From assembly GCA_963817895.1 (NCBI GenBank), contig CAWFQB010000011.1:64001-128000 (forward strand): DNA of 64,000 nt, read 5' to 3'. The position numbers and the translations under genes were made by a program. This DNA is from an uncultured Chthonomonadaceae bacterium. GTDB taxonomy: Bacteria > Armatimonadota > Chthonomonadetes > Chthonomonadales > Chthonomonadaceae. The stretch's first letter is position 1; every line of letters begins with the position of its first letter. This document shows, piece by piece, positions 1-10,935 of this stretch. The notes under the pieces were generated by a model, which made no database searches, was not told where the DNA came from, and worked only from the letters and a program-made list of their open reading frames with translations.

Positions 1-4
1 GATT

Positions 5-634
5 GTGCAGGTTAATGAGGATACCTCGCTTAACCGCACTATTCTTAGCGGTCGTAACGCCCCGCTTGGTTTGTCCGTCAACCCCGTGACCGGGCATTTG
101 TTTGCCAGCATTCAGGGAACCGGCAACATTATTGATATTGACCTGGCAACAGGAACTCCGACCCTCGTAATACCCGGACTTAGTGGTGTTGATGGCATAA
201 CTGTCTCCGCCGATGGCACCGTTGTCTACGCGGCGGTGGCTGGGACCGGTCACCTGCAAGGTTATAATATCGCTACTCACGCTCTGGTTTTCGATGCCAG
301 CGTGCCGACCATAGACGGCACTGCCCTCGGCACAGGAGTGTTGGCGGGCAATATATTCGCAAATACCAATAATGGTAAACTGATTGAGATTAATTTGACA
401 ACCGGTGTCCAGACTACCATTGCGGATCATGGCTCACGCGGGGATTTTGTCGCTGTGGATCCAAACGGAACTCTGCTGGTAACGCAGACAGGTATTGTAC
501 AGCGCCTGACCGCCCCACAGGGCGGCGGTTTTGGCAATACGCCTGAACCCGGCGCAATCGCTCTGCTGTTGGCAGGCGGACTGGTCGGAGCGGGGGTGTT
601 CTTGCGCCGCCGAGGGGTAAACCGAGTGGCTTAG
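5..634 (+). CDS. PEP-CTERM sorting domain protein, beta-propeller-like (5' truncated by window edge)
   Basis: C-terminal TPEPG + hydrophobic helix + RRR; beta-rich repeats. Confidence 0.85.
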   Translation: MQVNEDTSLNRTILSGRNAPLGLSVNPVTGHLFASIQGTGNIIDIDLATGTPTLVIPGLSGVDGITVSADGTVVYAAVAGTGHLQGYNIATHALVFDASVPTIDGTALGTGVLAGNIFANTNNGKLIEINLTTGVQTTIADHGSRGDFVAVDPNGTLLVTQTGIVQRLTAPQGGGFGNTPEPGAIALLLAGGLVGAGVFLRRRGVNRVA

Positions 635-821
635 AGGATACGACTCCTTTCGAGAGCGTTGCGCCACGCCGGGAGTTTGTACCCTCAACCTCGGCCCTTC
701 TCCCTGTCTCAAATATTTTCGCGAAAATTTTGCAGAAATGGATTTTGGATACTTCTAAATTCGCCGTCCAACGTTAATATAACGTTGCTTGCCAAAACCA
801 AATAACGTCCCCCAATAACAA

Positions 822-968
822 GGGAGGGAGGTGCAAAAAGATGCCGGTTCACATCCGACAGCCTTAACCATCACAGAGGCCATGAACGTCTCTTCATAAA
901 AACTTGACACAACGAGACCGAGTGCTGGAAGCGCTGCATTGCCACTATTTCGACAACGTCTCTACATA
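822..968 (+). promoter_or_regulatory. Conserved leader element copy 1 (SD, uORF MPVHIRQP* at 841-867, hairpin core)
   Basis: Core 897-968 matches 43802-43873 at 63/72 nt; same SD/uORF layout in both copies. Confidence 0.6.
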
Positions 969-1102
969 TTCCCCTCCCCCTTCAGTCTTGACGCGCAGGC
1001 AGAGTACGCATACTTTCCGCTTCCGCCTGCGTAATACCTTTCAGAGAACACATTCGCAACGTGGAGGCAACATTCGTTTGCCGCCAAAGGAGTTTCGCTG
1101 AA

Positions 1103-2964
1103 ATGGCACATACGCCCCAGGAATGGAAAGACCTTGCCGCGCAATTGCGGTCCGACAGCATCCGCGCCACCACCACCGCCGGTTCCGGGCATCCCACATC
1201 AAGCATGTCCGCCGCCGATCTGATGGCCGTGCTGATGTCCGAGTACCTGCACTACGATTTTACCGACCCGCACAACCCGCGCAACGACCGCCTGATTTTC
1301 TCCAAAGGCCACGCCGCGCCCCTGCTGTATTCCATGTACAAGGCGGCGGGCGCGATTACCGATGAACAACTGCTCACCCTGCGCAAATTCGGCAGCCCGA
1401 TTGAGGGGCATCCGGTTCCCGAACCCAACGGTCTGCCATACGTGGATGTGGCGACGGGTTCATTGGGACAGGGATTGCCCGCCGGTATCGGCATGGCGTG
1501 GGCGGCGAAAAACCTGCTCAGTGTGCCGATGAAAGTTTGGGTGGTATTGGGCGACAGCGAAATGGCCGAGGGCAGCAATTATGAGGCGCTGGAACTGGGC
1601 GGTTATTACGGCCTGAACAACGTCGTCGCCATTCTGGACGACAACCGTTTGGGACAGCGCGGGCCAACTATGCTGCAATGGCATACGGAAATGTACAAGC
1701 AGCGGGCGGAAGCGTTCGGCTGGCATGCCATCGTGGTTGACGGGCATGACGTGGAAGCCATTGCCCAGGCGTTTGAGGAGGCCGAAGAGTCGTTCAAGCC
1801 CGTGTTCATCGTCGCCAAAACCAAAAAGGGCGCAGGGCGTGTCGTTCACGCAGGATGTGGAGGGCTATCACGGCAAGGCGATCCCGCAGGCGGATGAGGC
1901 GAAAGCCCTTGCCGAATTGGGCAACCCCAAAGGCGATATTCGCATACAGGTGAAGAAATACCGCGACGGCAACCCGACGAAACTGCCCGAACCCGCGCCG
2001 TTTCAGCCGCCGCAATACGAAAAGGGCGCGAAAGTGGCGACGCGGGAAGCGTATGGCGATGCGCTTGTCGCGCTGGGCGCGGCCAGGCCAGAACGTGACG
2101 GTCATGGACGGCGAAGTGAGCAATTCCACGTTTGCCGACAAGTTCAAAAAGGTGTACCCGGATCGGTTCTTGGAAGTATACATCGCCGAGCAGCAGCTTG
2201 TGAGCGCGGCAGTCGGGATGCAGGTGTTGGGCAAAATCCCGTTCGCGTCCACGTTCGCCGCGTTCTTTGCCCGCGCCTACGATCAGGTACGCATGGCGGC
2301 GATTTCCCGCGCCAACATCAATCTCGTCGGCTCCCATGCGGGCGTATCCATCGGCGAGGACGGGCCTTCGCAAATGGCGCTGGAAGACCTTGCGATTATG
2401 CGGGCCGTGCATGACAGCATCGTGGTTTATCCCTCCTGCGCCACGACAACGGTACATCTGGTCGCGCAAATGGCGACCCGCAAGGGCATCAACTACATGC
2501 GGACAACCCGCGAAAAATTGCCCGTGCTGTACGGCCCGGAAGAGAGTTTCCCGATCGGCGGCAGCAAAACCCTGAAATCGTCCGACAACGATGTGGCGGC
2601 GGTGATCGCGGCGGGCATCACGCTGCACGAAGCCTTAAAAGCCTACGACACGCTGCAAGCCGAGGGCATCGAACATCCGCGTGATTGACCTGTATTCCGT
2701 GAAACCGATTGACAAAGCGACGATTCAGAAAGCCGCGCAGGAGTGTGGCGGGCAATTGTTCGTGGTGGAAGACCACTGGCCGCGAGGGCGGATTGGGCGA
2801 CGCGGTTCTGGAAGTGTTCGACGGGCAATCCGCGTCAGCACCCGAACGTAACCCGCATCGCCGTGCGCGACATGCCCGGCAGCGGCAAGCCGGAAGAGTT
2901 AATTGAAGCGGCGGGCATCAGCGCCAAACACATCGTCGCCGCTGTCCAGGCCGTGAAGAAGTAG
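1103..2964 (+). CDS. tkt: Transketolase (several frameshifts)
   Basis: GSGHPTSSMS, SKGHA, TGSLGQG, GDSE, IAEQ, GEDGPSQM motifs spread over ORFs 1061, 1725, 2053, 2743. Confidence 0.92.
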
Positions 2965-3126
2965 CCGCAAATCAACGCGAATTCACGCGAATAATAGAGG
3001 ACAGAGCAAAGCCGTCGTGGAAGCAACTTCCTTGCTTCCACGACGACTTTCATGTCTGGCTGCGATATTCGAGTTGCTTTATCACGTACAAGCAGATAGA
3101 CTAATGACGCGCGCTTCCCGCAGACG

Positions 3127-3152
3127 TGAAACCAAACGGCTTCGCGTCCGTA
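3127..3152 (+). promoter_or_regulatory. ECF (SigW-like) promoter, copy 1
   Basis: TGAAAC-N16-CGTA. Confidence 0.6.
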
Positions 3153-3360
3153 GTGCATACGGAAGTTAAATCATTCTTTAGAAAGCAAGTGGAGGGCATT
3201 TCATGGCCTATACAGCGGAAGTAAGCCGCGAAACCCCAGCGCGTTTGTGTTTTTGATTGACCAGTCGAAGTCTATGGAGGAGCCGTTCGGGGGCGGGCAG
3301 GGCAAGCGCAAGGCCGACGGCGTATCGGACGCCATCAACCGCCTGCTGCAAAACCTTGTC
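3127..3360 (+). repeat. Direct repeat copy 1: promoter plus truncated, frameshifted 5' end of the vWA gene (ATG 3203)
   Basis: Near-identical to 4277-4511 with a few differences including a 1-nt deletion. Confidence 0.92.
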
Positions 3361-3368
3361 GTTTGTTG

Positions 3369-3785
3369 TTACTCGTGAGATGTTGTAATAGTCTGAGTGT
3401 CCCACCACAAACCCTGTTCGCGCATGTAAATCAGGATTTGCCTGAAAGCCTCCTCGTGAATTCTGCGTGTCTGAGCAGAATCAAGTCCCCGCATATCATA
3501 ACGCGCCCATTCGCTTACCGTTTTTATCCGCTCATAGAGCCTCGCGATTGGCTTCATCTGGTTAGCGACATATATTTCACGCTCCTGATGGTTCCTGGGC
3601 AGGTTCATGGGAGTCTTCGCGCAAGCATAAGCCTGCATTAGATGAACTGCTGAGTAGAACAGCGCCACTACTGCCCAACTTACATCTTCTGAGCCATTCA
3701 GAAAGCGTTCGTAGCGGCGGTAATTCGTGTAGGCTTCTGCGATGTGCTTTAGCGCTTCTTTATCCGTAGTTTTAGGGGCGGGCAT
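3369..3785 (-). CDS. HEPN-domain protein (putative toxin)
   Basis: Helical 138 aa; W..VALFYSAVH, NH, ARYD pattern typical of HEPN/UPF0332-like proteins; lower GC. Confidence 0.7.
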   Translation of the reverse strand: MPAPKTTDKEALKHIAEAYTNYRRYERFLNGSEDVSWAVVALFYSAVHLMQAYACAKTPMNLPRNHQEREIYVANQMKPIARLYERIKTVSEWARYDMRGLDSAQTRRIHEEAFRQILIYMREQGLWWDTQTITTSHE

Positions 3786-3794
3786 GTTCCGCTC

Positions 3795-4103
3795 CTATTG
3801 ACATTCAGAGTAGGGTTTTATCACAACATCCAACTTCCCCTGTGGATACTGTTGATGTGTGCAAATTTTCAGATCAAATACCTGATCCGCGATAACGCCA
3901 AACACGTCCGGTATGGCAACAACAATGATTTTTTCGTTCCATGTGTCGCCACCAGAAAGGCTGACTTGCGCCCCTTCTATCTCCCTGACTTGAAGGTAGA
4001 AACTGCGGTTTGCCAGTTCGGTCTGCGTGGCAAACTCGGACGCGGGGAGAACCGTAAACTCGGCTTCGTCTGGAATTCTCTGGCTGACATCTGCAACGGA
4101 CAT
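3795..4103 (-). CDS. Small acidic protein, putative antitoxin partner (degenerate MNT-like)
   Basis: SD GGAGAGG upstream; directly upstream of and co-oriented with the HEPN gene. Confidence 0.5.
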   Translation of the reverse strand: MSVADVSQRIPDEAEFTVLPASEFATQTELANRSFYLQVREIEGAQVSLSGGDTWNEKIIVVAIPDVFGVIADQVFDLKICTHQQYPQGKLDVVIKPYSECQ

Positions 4104-4276
4104 ATTTTTTACCTCTCCTGCACAGACACACATAGACATGTCATTATGCCATAACTTCAAAATTTTGTCACTAATTTATCGTAAGTTTCTGCTGTATAAG
4201 GCGTGAAAAGCGGCTGATAAAAGGCAGGCATCATAGTGGTATCTCGGAATAAGCGAATGCTTCAGCTTATGCCCCA

Positions 4277-4511
4277 TGAAACCAAACGGCTTCGCGTCCG
4301 TAGTGCATACGGAAGTTAAATCATCCTTTAGAAAGCAAGTGGAGGGCATTTCATGGCCTATACAGCGGAAGTAAGCCGCGCGAATCCCAGCGCGTTTGTG
4401 TTTTTGATTGACCAGTCGAAGTCTATGGAGGAGCCGTTCGGGGGCGGGCAGGGCAAGCGCAAGGCCGACGGCGTATCGGACGCCATCAACCGCCTGCTGC
4501 AAAACCTTGTC
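4277..4511 (+). repeat. Direct repeat copy 2 (ECF promoter 4277-4302 and intact vWA 5' end)
   Basis: Matches 3127-3360. Confidence 0.92.
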
Positions 4512-5186
4512 ATCAAGTGCGCCAAGGGCGAGGGCATCAACGACTATTATGTGATTGGCGTGATTGGGTATGGCGGCAAAGTGCAGCCCGCGTTCGGCGG
4601 GCCGCTGGCGGGCAAGTTCCTTGTGCCAATCAGCGAGGTCGCCAACAACCCGGCGCGGGTGGAAGAGCGCACGAAAAAAGTAGACGACGGCGCAGGCGGA
4701 TTGGTGGATCAGACCATCAAGTTCCCCGTGTGGCTGGAACCCGTGATGGACAACGGCACGCCGATGGGCGAAGCCTTCAAAATGGCGCACCAACTGCTGC
4801 AAACGTGGATCGCCAACCATCCCGATTCGTACCCGCCCATTGTCATCAACATCACGGACGGCGAGTACAACAACGACCCGACCAAAGAAGCGCAGGAACT
4901 AACCGCGCTAAGCACGTCCGATGGCGCGACGCTGCTGTTCAACTGCCATATTTCCGGTCATGCCAGCGCGCCGATAGTATTCCCCAACACGGACGCCGGA
5001 TTGCCGGACGATTGGGCGCGTAAACTGTTCGAGTTGTCGTCGCCCCTGCCGCAAAGCATGAGCGATTCGGCCATTGGCGAAGGGTTTCCGATTGGCGCGG
5101 ATGCGAAAGGATTCGCTTTCAACGCCGACCTGGTGGACCTGATCCGCTTTCTTGACATCGGTACAAGACCGAGCAATCTTCGCTGA
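4353..5186 (+). CDS. TerY-like von Willebrand factor A domain protein
   Basis: MIDAS DQSKS, GTPM, NITDGE. Confidence 0.88.
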   Translation: MAYTAEVSRANPSAFVFLIDQSKSMEEPFGGGQGKRKADGVSDAINRLLQNLVIKCAKGEGINDYYVIGVIGYGGKVQPAFGGPLAGKFLVPISEVANNPARVEERTKKVDDGAGGLVDQTIKFPVWLEPVMDNGTPMGEAFKMAHQLLQTWIANHPDSYPPIVINITDGEYNNDPTKEAQELTALSTSDGATLLFNCHISGHASAPIVFPNTDAGLPDDWARKLFELSSPLPQSMSDSAIGEGFPIGADAKGFAFNADLVDLIRFLDIGTRPSNLR

Positions 5187-5286
5187 CCGGGAACCCTGGT
5201 ACTTGTTCAATCGGTACTCCGATGCGCGTATCTCGGAAATCGCGCGGCAGAATACCCAATCGCGTACGCAAATTATAAAGGCTGGA

Positions 5287-6463
5287 ATGCAGACGAACGT
5301 AATCAGCGCGGATAACAACTCACAACAGCAAACCGTGACGCTCGAACCGGCTTCGATAGCGGCATTGGAACCGGAACCATTTTCTACGCCCCAACCGGAA
5401 CCTACGCCTGCGCCGGAACCAACAGCTATGCCGGAACCGGAGCCGACTGTCACGCCACAATCGCCGCGCATCGCGGGACTGGAGCCGCGCGCCTTCTGGA
5501 CGCCCAAGTCCGGCAATTCCGAAACGGATTATGAGGATGGATGGGCGACGGGCGCGGACTGTCTCGCCATCGCGGACGGCGCGACGGAAAGCTCGTTTGC
5601 CCGCGTGTGGGCGCAGGCGCTCACGGCAGGCTTTGTCGCGCAACCCGATGCCACATTTCCCCTGCATACGGAAAACCCGGAGCAGTGCCGCGCCCGTATT
5701 CAGGAGTGGACGCAGCCCCTGCAACAGGAGTGGCACAGCCGTATTCCCTGGAACACCCTGCCCTGGTTTGCCGAAGACAAAGCCCGCGCGGGCGCATTTG
5801 CCACATTGTTAGCGTTCAGCGCAAAGGATGAAGGCGGAAGGATGAAGGATGAAGGGAAGATACGAGATACGAGATACGAGATACGAGAAGGAGAGAATTC
5901 ATCCCTCATCCTTCATCCTTCATCCTTTCAAGTCTTCGCTATCGGCGACAGTTGCCTGTTTCAGATACGCGAGGGTCGGGTGAAGTTGGCGTTTCCGCTT
6001 ACAACACTCGTCGCAGTTCGACAGTACGCCGCCCCTGCTGTCGTCCAATCCCGGCCAACAACAAGCGTGTTTGGGACAACATCGTGATCGGGGAGGGGAC
6101 GTTTCAGGCGGGCGATATTCTGCTGTTCGCGACGGATGCGCTGGCGCGCTGGTTTCTGGTGGAAGTGGAAGCGGGAAATTTGCCCTGGCATGAGTTGTGC
6201 GGCATAAGCGATCAGGCGGAGTTTCAGACATTCGTAACTCGTTTGCGGCAAGCCCATGCCATGCGCAATGACGATGTAACGCTTGTCATTGTGGATGCTT
6301 CCCATTTGCCGCAAATGGCGGCGAGGCGCGTCCGCGTTTGCGAATGGACCGTTCCGGTGAAACGTCCGGTGAACGAGTGCGCAGGAAAACTCCGGCGGCA
6401 AGCAAGTGGGAAAACGCGCGCAGCGGATGGCGCAATCAGGCAAGTGAGGAGGCAGTATTATGA
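5287..6463 (+). CDS. PP2C-like phosphatase (frameshifted, end approximate, carries an in-frame repeat insert)
   Basis: YED, AIADGA, IGDSC, ATDAL, NDDVTL motifs. Confidence 0.8.
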
Positions 6464-7670
6464 ATTGGCCGCTTGCCTCCGATTATCAGGACGCGGTTCA
6501 GAACCCGTTGCAGTGCTTTCAAGACCCGCAGTTGAAGGCCGGACATGTGGTTTTGAACCGTATAGGACTGCCCCGCGTCGCGTCAGGCATGTTTGCCAGC
6601 GTGTACGAAATTCGCAATGGCGAACAGCGATGGGCCGTGCGCTGCTTTTTGCGTCCGAGCGCGGATCAGCGGGAACGCTACGCGCTGTTGAGCGGCTATC
6701 TGAGTCAGGTGCGTATGCCGGGGCTTGTCGAGTTCGCGTATGAAGCGCAGGGCATCCGGGTACGCGGGCAGTGGTATCCCATCGTTAAAATGGATTGGAT
6801 CGAGGGCGTCACCCTCCATACCTACATCAGCAAGCATGTGCAGGAACCGGATACGCTGCGCAAACTGGCGCGGCAATGGCGTATTCTGCTGGAACGCCTG
6901 CGGCAAAACCATATTGCCCATGCCGATTTGCAGCACGGCAACGTGCTTGTGACGCCATCCGGCGAACTGCGGCTTGTGGATTATGATGGCATGTTCGTTC
7001 CGGCCCTGCGCGGGCAGGCCAGCCATGAACTCGGCCATCCCAACTATCAGCATCCGCAGCGAACGGCGCAGAGTTACGACGAGAATCTGGACAATTTCGC
7101 CGCGCTTGGTGATTTATACCAGTCTGGTCGCGCTGATTTACAATCCTGACCTGTGGGCGGAATTTCATACGGGCGAAAACCTGATCTTCTCTGCGGCCGA
7201 CTTCAAAGCGCCTCAAAAATCCAAAGTGTTCGAGCAGTTGTACCGCAGCAGCGAACCGCTGGTACGCGCCCTGTCGCAGCAGTTGGCAAAAGCGTGTGAG
7301 GGCGTCATTCAGAACGTGCCCGATTTCGCGCAAGCCATTGCGAACCTGCCCGACCTGCCTGCGCCCAAACCCTGGTATGTCGCGGACGAGTCCGCCCGTT
7401 CACCCAAAATCCACGTCCTGCCGCGCCGAAAGCAACCCCGCCCGCATCGGGGACAACGCCGCATCCGCCTGCTCATCCGAACAATTCCCAACGCCGTCAA
7501 GCCGCCGGTATCAAACGCCGACGGTTCCGCCCGCGCCCGCGCATCCCCATTCGCAGCCCCGCGAAGACGAGGATGACTGGTGGAAGCGCAATCAGGAGAC
7601 GCTGGAAAAAACGCCGGCGGGCAAGGCGGTCGTGGGATTTTTGCAGCCGCTGAAGAAGATACTGGGATGA
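6460..7670 (+). CDS. Ser/Thr protein kinase-like protein of TerY-P triad (frameshifted)
   Basis: SGMFASVY, HADLQHGNVL, LVDYDGM, GHPNYQHP. Confidence 0.85.
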
Positions 7671-8088
7671 GGCCGCCGCGCCCGTTCCCGCGCCGCCAAC
7701 CAACGCGCCTGCGCGAACCGCTGCCTCGGTTCCTCTGGAGCGCGGCGTCCCTCGTTCCGTGTCCAAAAAACGCGCCGCCTCGCCCTGGGCGACGTGTACC
7801 AGTATTATGTGTCTGATGCTGTGCCTGAGCGTTTTGGGAATCAGCCTGTTGGCGCGGGCGGTTGTCCATACCATAGGGGAACTGTTTGGCGATGAGAAAC
7901 CATCGGCTTCCCGCCTGTAGCTAATACGGCAAAATCTAAAATCGTCGCAGGAACCTCTACGCCTGTCCACACTCCCCGTAGTTCCACGCGCTGATTTGTG
8001 CTACAATGACGTAATCCAAAATTTTATGGTTTGGATTACGTCAACTTCAAGTATGAACCCCCGGACCAAGACCATTAACCAGAAACTT

Positions 8089-10773
8089 ATGAAAAACAGA
8101 GTTGTTTTCCCGATTATTGCTGCCGCCGCGCTGATGCTGTCCCTGCGTGGCGGGCGAACACAGGAAGCCCTTCCGCATCCGGTTGCGGAGTGGAAGTTTG
8201 AAGAGGGAACCGGAACGTCGGCGAATGACGCTTCCGGGCAGTCCGCCAATGCGTTGATGTTGCGCGGCGGGGCGGATTGGACGACGGGCGGGGTGGGAAG
8301 CCATGCCCTGCGCTTTGGCGGGCGCGCGGGCAGTTTCGCGGAACTCGCGCGTCCCGTTGTGGATACCACGCGCAGTTTTACGGTTACGGCCTGCGTGAAA
8401 GTAAACCGTATCGGCGGCTACCAGACGTTCGTGAGCGAGGACGGGCAGCAAATCAGCGGATTTTTCCTGCAACTGCGCGACGATACAGGCGAATTCGCTC
8501 TTACAATGCCGCCCAATGATGGCACAAACGGGGATGCCGCTATTGCCGCTTCCGACATTGCGCCCATGCCGAATATGTGGTATCACCTCGCGGGCGTGTA
8601 CGACGCGAACGCGCATACCGCCGCGCTGTACGTGAACGGCGCGTTGCAGCAGAAGGTTCCCATTCAGAGGTCGTGGAAAGCGACCGGAAGCACGGTTATC
8701 GGCAGGGGAAAGTTCGGCGGCAATCCGGTAGATTGGGTGAACGGGGCGATTGACGAGGTGCGCCTGTACGACGCGCCCCTGTCGGCAAATGATGTGCGCT
8801 CGCTTGCCCGCATGGATTTGCCCAACGCCATGCAGCAGCCCGAAGCCAATACGGGTCCCGCCACGCTGAAAATCAACGCGGCGCAACCCGGTCCGCGCGT
8901 CAGTCCCATGCTGTACGGCCTGATGACCGAGGAGATCAACTATTCCTACGATGGCGGCTTGTACGGCGAACTGATTCGCAACCGCGTGTTCAAGGACAAC
9001 CCCGCCAGGCCCGTTCACTGGTCTGTGGTAACGAGTGGCAGCGCGGGGAATCGTCTGCAAGAGGGCAACCTTGCGGTCAGTGTCGCATCAGAAATCACGC
9101 TGGATACCACACAGCCGCTCACTCCCGCGCTTCCCACAAGTCTGAAACTGACGATTGTAAAACCATCGGCGAACGGCGCGACAAACGGGGGGCGCGTGGG
9201 CGTTGCCAATGATGGCTACTGGGGAATCCCTGTAAAGCCGAATACCCGCTATCGCGCCTCGTTTTATGCCCGCGCCGATCAGGATTTTACCGGGCCGATA
9301 ACGGCAAGCATCGAAAACGCGAACGGCACGGAGATGTACGCCCGCGCGCAAACCGGTAAAATCACGCCGGAGTGGAAGCAGTACACGCTCACGCTGACAA
9401 CGGGCAATGTCGCGCCCACCAAAGATACGCGGTTTGTGCTTGCCGCAACAAAATCCGGCACAGTCTGGTTCAATCTCGTATCGCTGTTTCCGCCCACGTA
9501 CAAAAATCGTCCCAACGGCAACCGTCCCGACCTGATGCAGCGACTGGCCGACATGAAGCCCTCGTTCCTGCGCCTGCCCGGTGGCAACTATCTGGAAGGC
9601 GACACGATTGCCACCCGCTTCGACTGGAAAAAGACGCTCGGACCCCTGACGCAGCGACCCGGCCACATGGGAACGTGGAGTTACCGCTCTTCGGACGGCA
9701 TGGGCTTGCAGGAGTTCCTACAGTGGTGCGAAGACCTGAAAATCGAGCCGTTGCTGGGCGTGTATGCGGGCTACTCCCTGCGCGGCGAACACGTCAACCC
9801 CGGCACTGACTTGCAGCCCTACGTTCAGGACGCGCTGGACGAGATCGATTACGTCACCGGGGATGCCGCAGCCACGAAATGGGGCGCGGAACGGGCCAAA
9901 AACGGACATCCCGCGCCGTTCCCACTGCACTATATCGAGATCGGCAACGAGGACAATTTCGACCGTTCCGGCAGTTACGACGGGCGGTTCGCGCAGTTCT
10001 ATGACGCCATCAAAGCCGCCTACCCGAAACTGCAATTGATCGCCACTACGCCCGTTCGCAGCCGCAAGCCCGACATTCTGGACGAACACTTTTATCGAAC
10101 GGCGCGATCAATGGAGCGAGACGCGCATCACTATGACCGTTATGACCGCAGCGGCCCGAAAATATTTGTCGGGGAGTGGGCGTCGCAGGACATAGACCAG
10201 CCCTGGGCGCGACCGGAAACCAAAGGCCCCACCCCGACGCTTAATTCCGCATTGGGTGACGCGGCGTGGATGACGGGCATGGAGCGCAACTCCGATCTGG
10301 TGATTCTGTCCGCGTATGCCCCACTTCTGGTCAATGTCAATCCGGGCGGCAGGCAGTGGGCTGTGAATCTCATCGGCTACGACGCCCTGACCAACTACGG
10401 TTCGCCCTCCTATTACGCGCAGGCCATGTTCGCCGCCAATCACGGCGACACGATTTTGCCTGCCACATTGACGGGAAACGCGCGACTAACCTACAGCGTG
10501 ACCCGCGACAGCAAAGCGGGCATGGTATATGTGAAAATGGTCAACACGTCCGCGCAATCGCAGGCTGTCCATGTCACGCTGGATGGCGTAGCCTCGGCAG
10601 CCGCGACGGGAACCGCGATTGTGCTGAAAGGCAGTGGCCCGCAGGACACGAATACGATTACGGAACCCACGAAAATCGTGCCTGTCACCACGTCGGCAAG
10701 CGGATTGGGAACCGATTTCACCTATACCTTCGCGCCCTACTCCGTAACCATTCTGAAGATGCAGGCGCGGTGA
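8089..10773 (+). CDS. Secreted alpha-L-arabinofuranosidase (GH51) with N-terminal LamG domain
   Basis: Signal peptide; LamG GAIDEVRLY; EEINYSYDGGLY, RLPGGNY, EIGNED, VGEWA, GMERNSD. Confidence 0.92.
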   Translation: MKNRVVFPIIAAAALMLSLRGGRTQEALPHPVAEWKFEEGTGTSANDASGQSANALMLRGGADWTTGGVGSHALRFGGRAGSFAELARPVVDTTRSFTVTACVKVNRIGGYQTFVSEDGQQISGFFLQLRDDTGEFALTMPPNDGTNGDAAIAASDIAPMPNMWYHLAGVYDANAHTAALYVNGALQQKVPIQRSWKATGSTVIGRGKFGGNPVDWVNGAIDEVRLYDAPLSANDVRSLARMDLPNAMQQPEANTGPATLKINAAQPGPRVSPMLYGLMTEEINYSYDGGLYGELIRNRVFKDNPARPVHWSVVTSGSAGNRLQEGNLAVSVASEITLDTTQPLTPALPTSLKLTIVKPSANGATNGGRVGVANDGYWGIPVKPNTRYRASFYARADQDFTGPITASIENANGTEMYARAQTGKITPEWKQYTLTLTTGNVAPTKDTRFVLAATKSGTVWFNLVSLFPPTYKNRPNGNRPDLMQRLADMKPSFLRLPGGNYLEGDTIATRFDWKKTLGPLTQRPGHMGTWSYRSSDGMGLQEFLQWCEDLKIEPLLGVYAGYSLRGEHVNPGTDLQPYVQDALDEIDYVTGDAAATKWGAERAKNGHPAPFPLHYIEIGNEDNFDRSGSYDGRFAQFYDAIKAAYPKLQLIATTPVRSRKPDILDEHFYRTARSMERDAHHYDRYDRSGPKIFVGEWASQDIDQPWARPETKGPTPTLNSALGDAAWMTGMERNSDLVILSAYAPLLVNVNPGGRQWAVNLIGYDALTNYGSPSYYAQAMFAANHGDTILPATLTGNARLTYSVTRDSKAGMVYVKMVNTSAQSQAVHVTLDGVASAAATGTAIVLKGSGPQDTNTITEPTKIVPVTTSASGLGTDFTYTFAPYSVTILKMQAR

Positions 10774-10778
10774 TTCTA

Positions 10779-10830
10779 CCTCACCCCCGGCCCCTCTCCT
10801 TGCCGCGCAACGCGCTAGGAGAGGGGAGAC
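10779..10830 (+). repeat. REP-like element CCCTCACCCC..CCCTCTCC..GGAGAGGG; further copies near 682, 12680, 25766, 27630(-), 32348, 32888(-), 58312, 61057
   Basis: Recurrent intergenic palindrome. Confidence 0.8.
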
Positions 10831-10935
10831 ATTTCCATACAGCATGGTGAACGTAGCGCATGTAAGATCAAGTTCAATATAGCCGCGAATAAACGCGAAT
10901 GAAGGCGAATGAATTTAACAAAGAGGAGCCATGTC

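Noticed and set aside
904..1101. 65-aa ORF covering the conserved core
   Set aside because: The second copy has TAA in this frame right after the TTG start, so conservation is better explained at the nucleotide or RNA level.
7667..7920. Small membrane protein after the kinase
   Set aside because: Needs a frameshift to join a hydrophobic segment and has no recognisable motif; not supportable.
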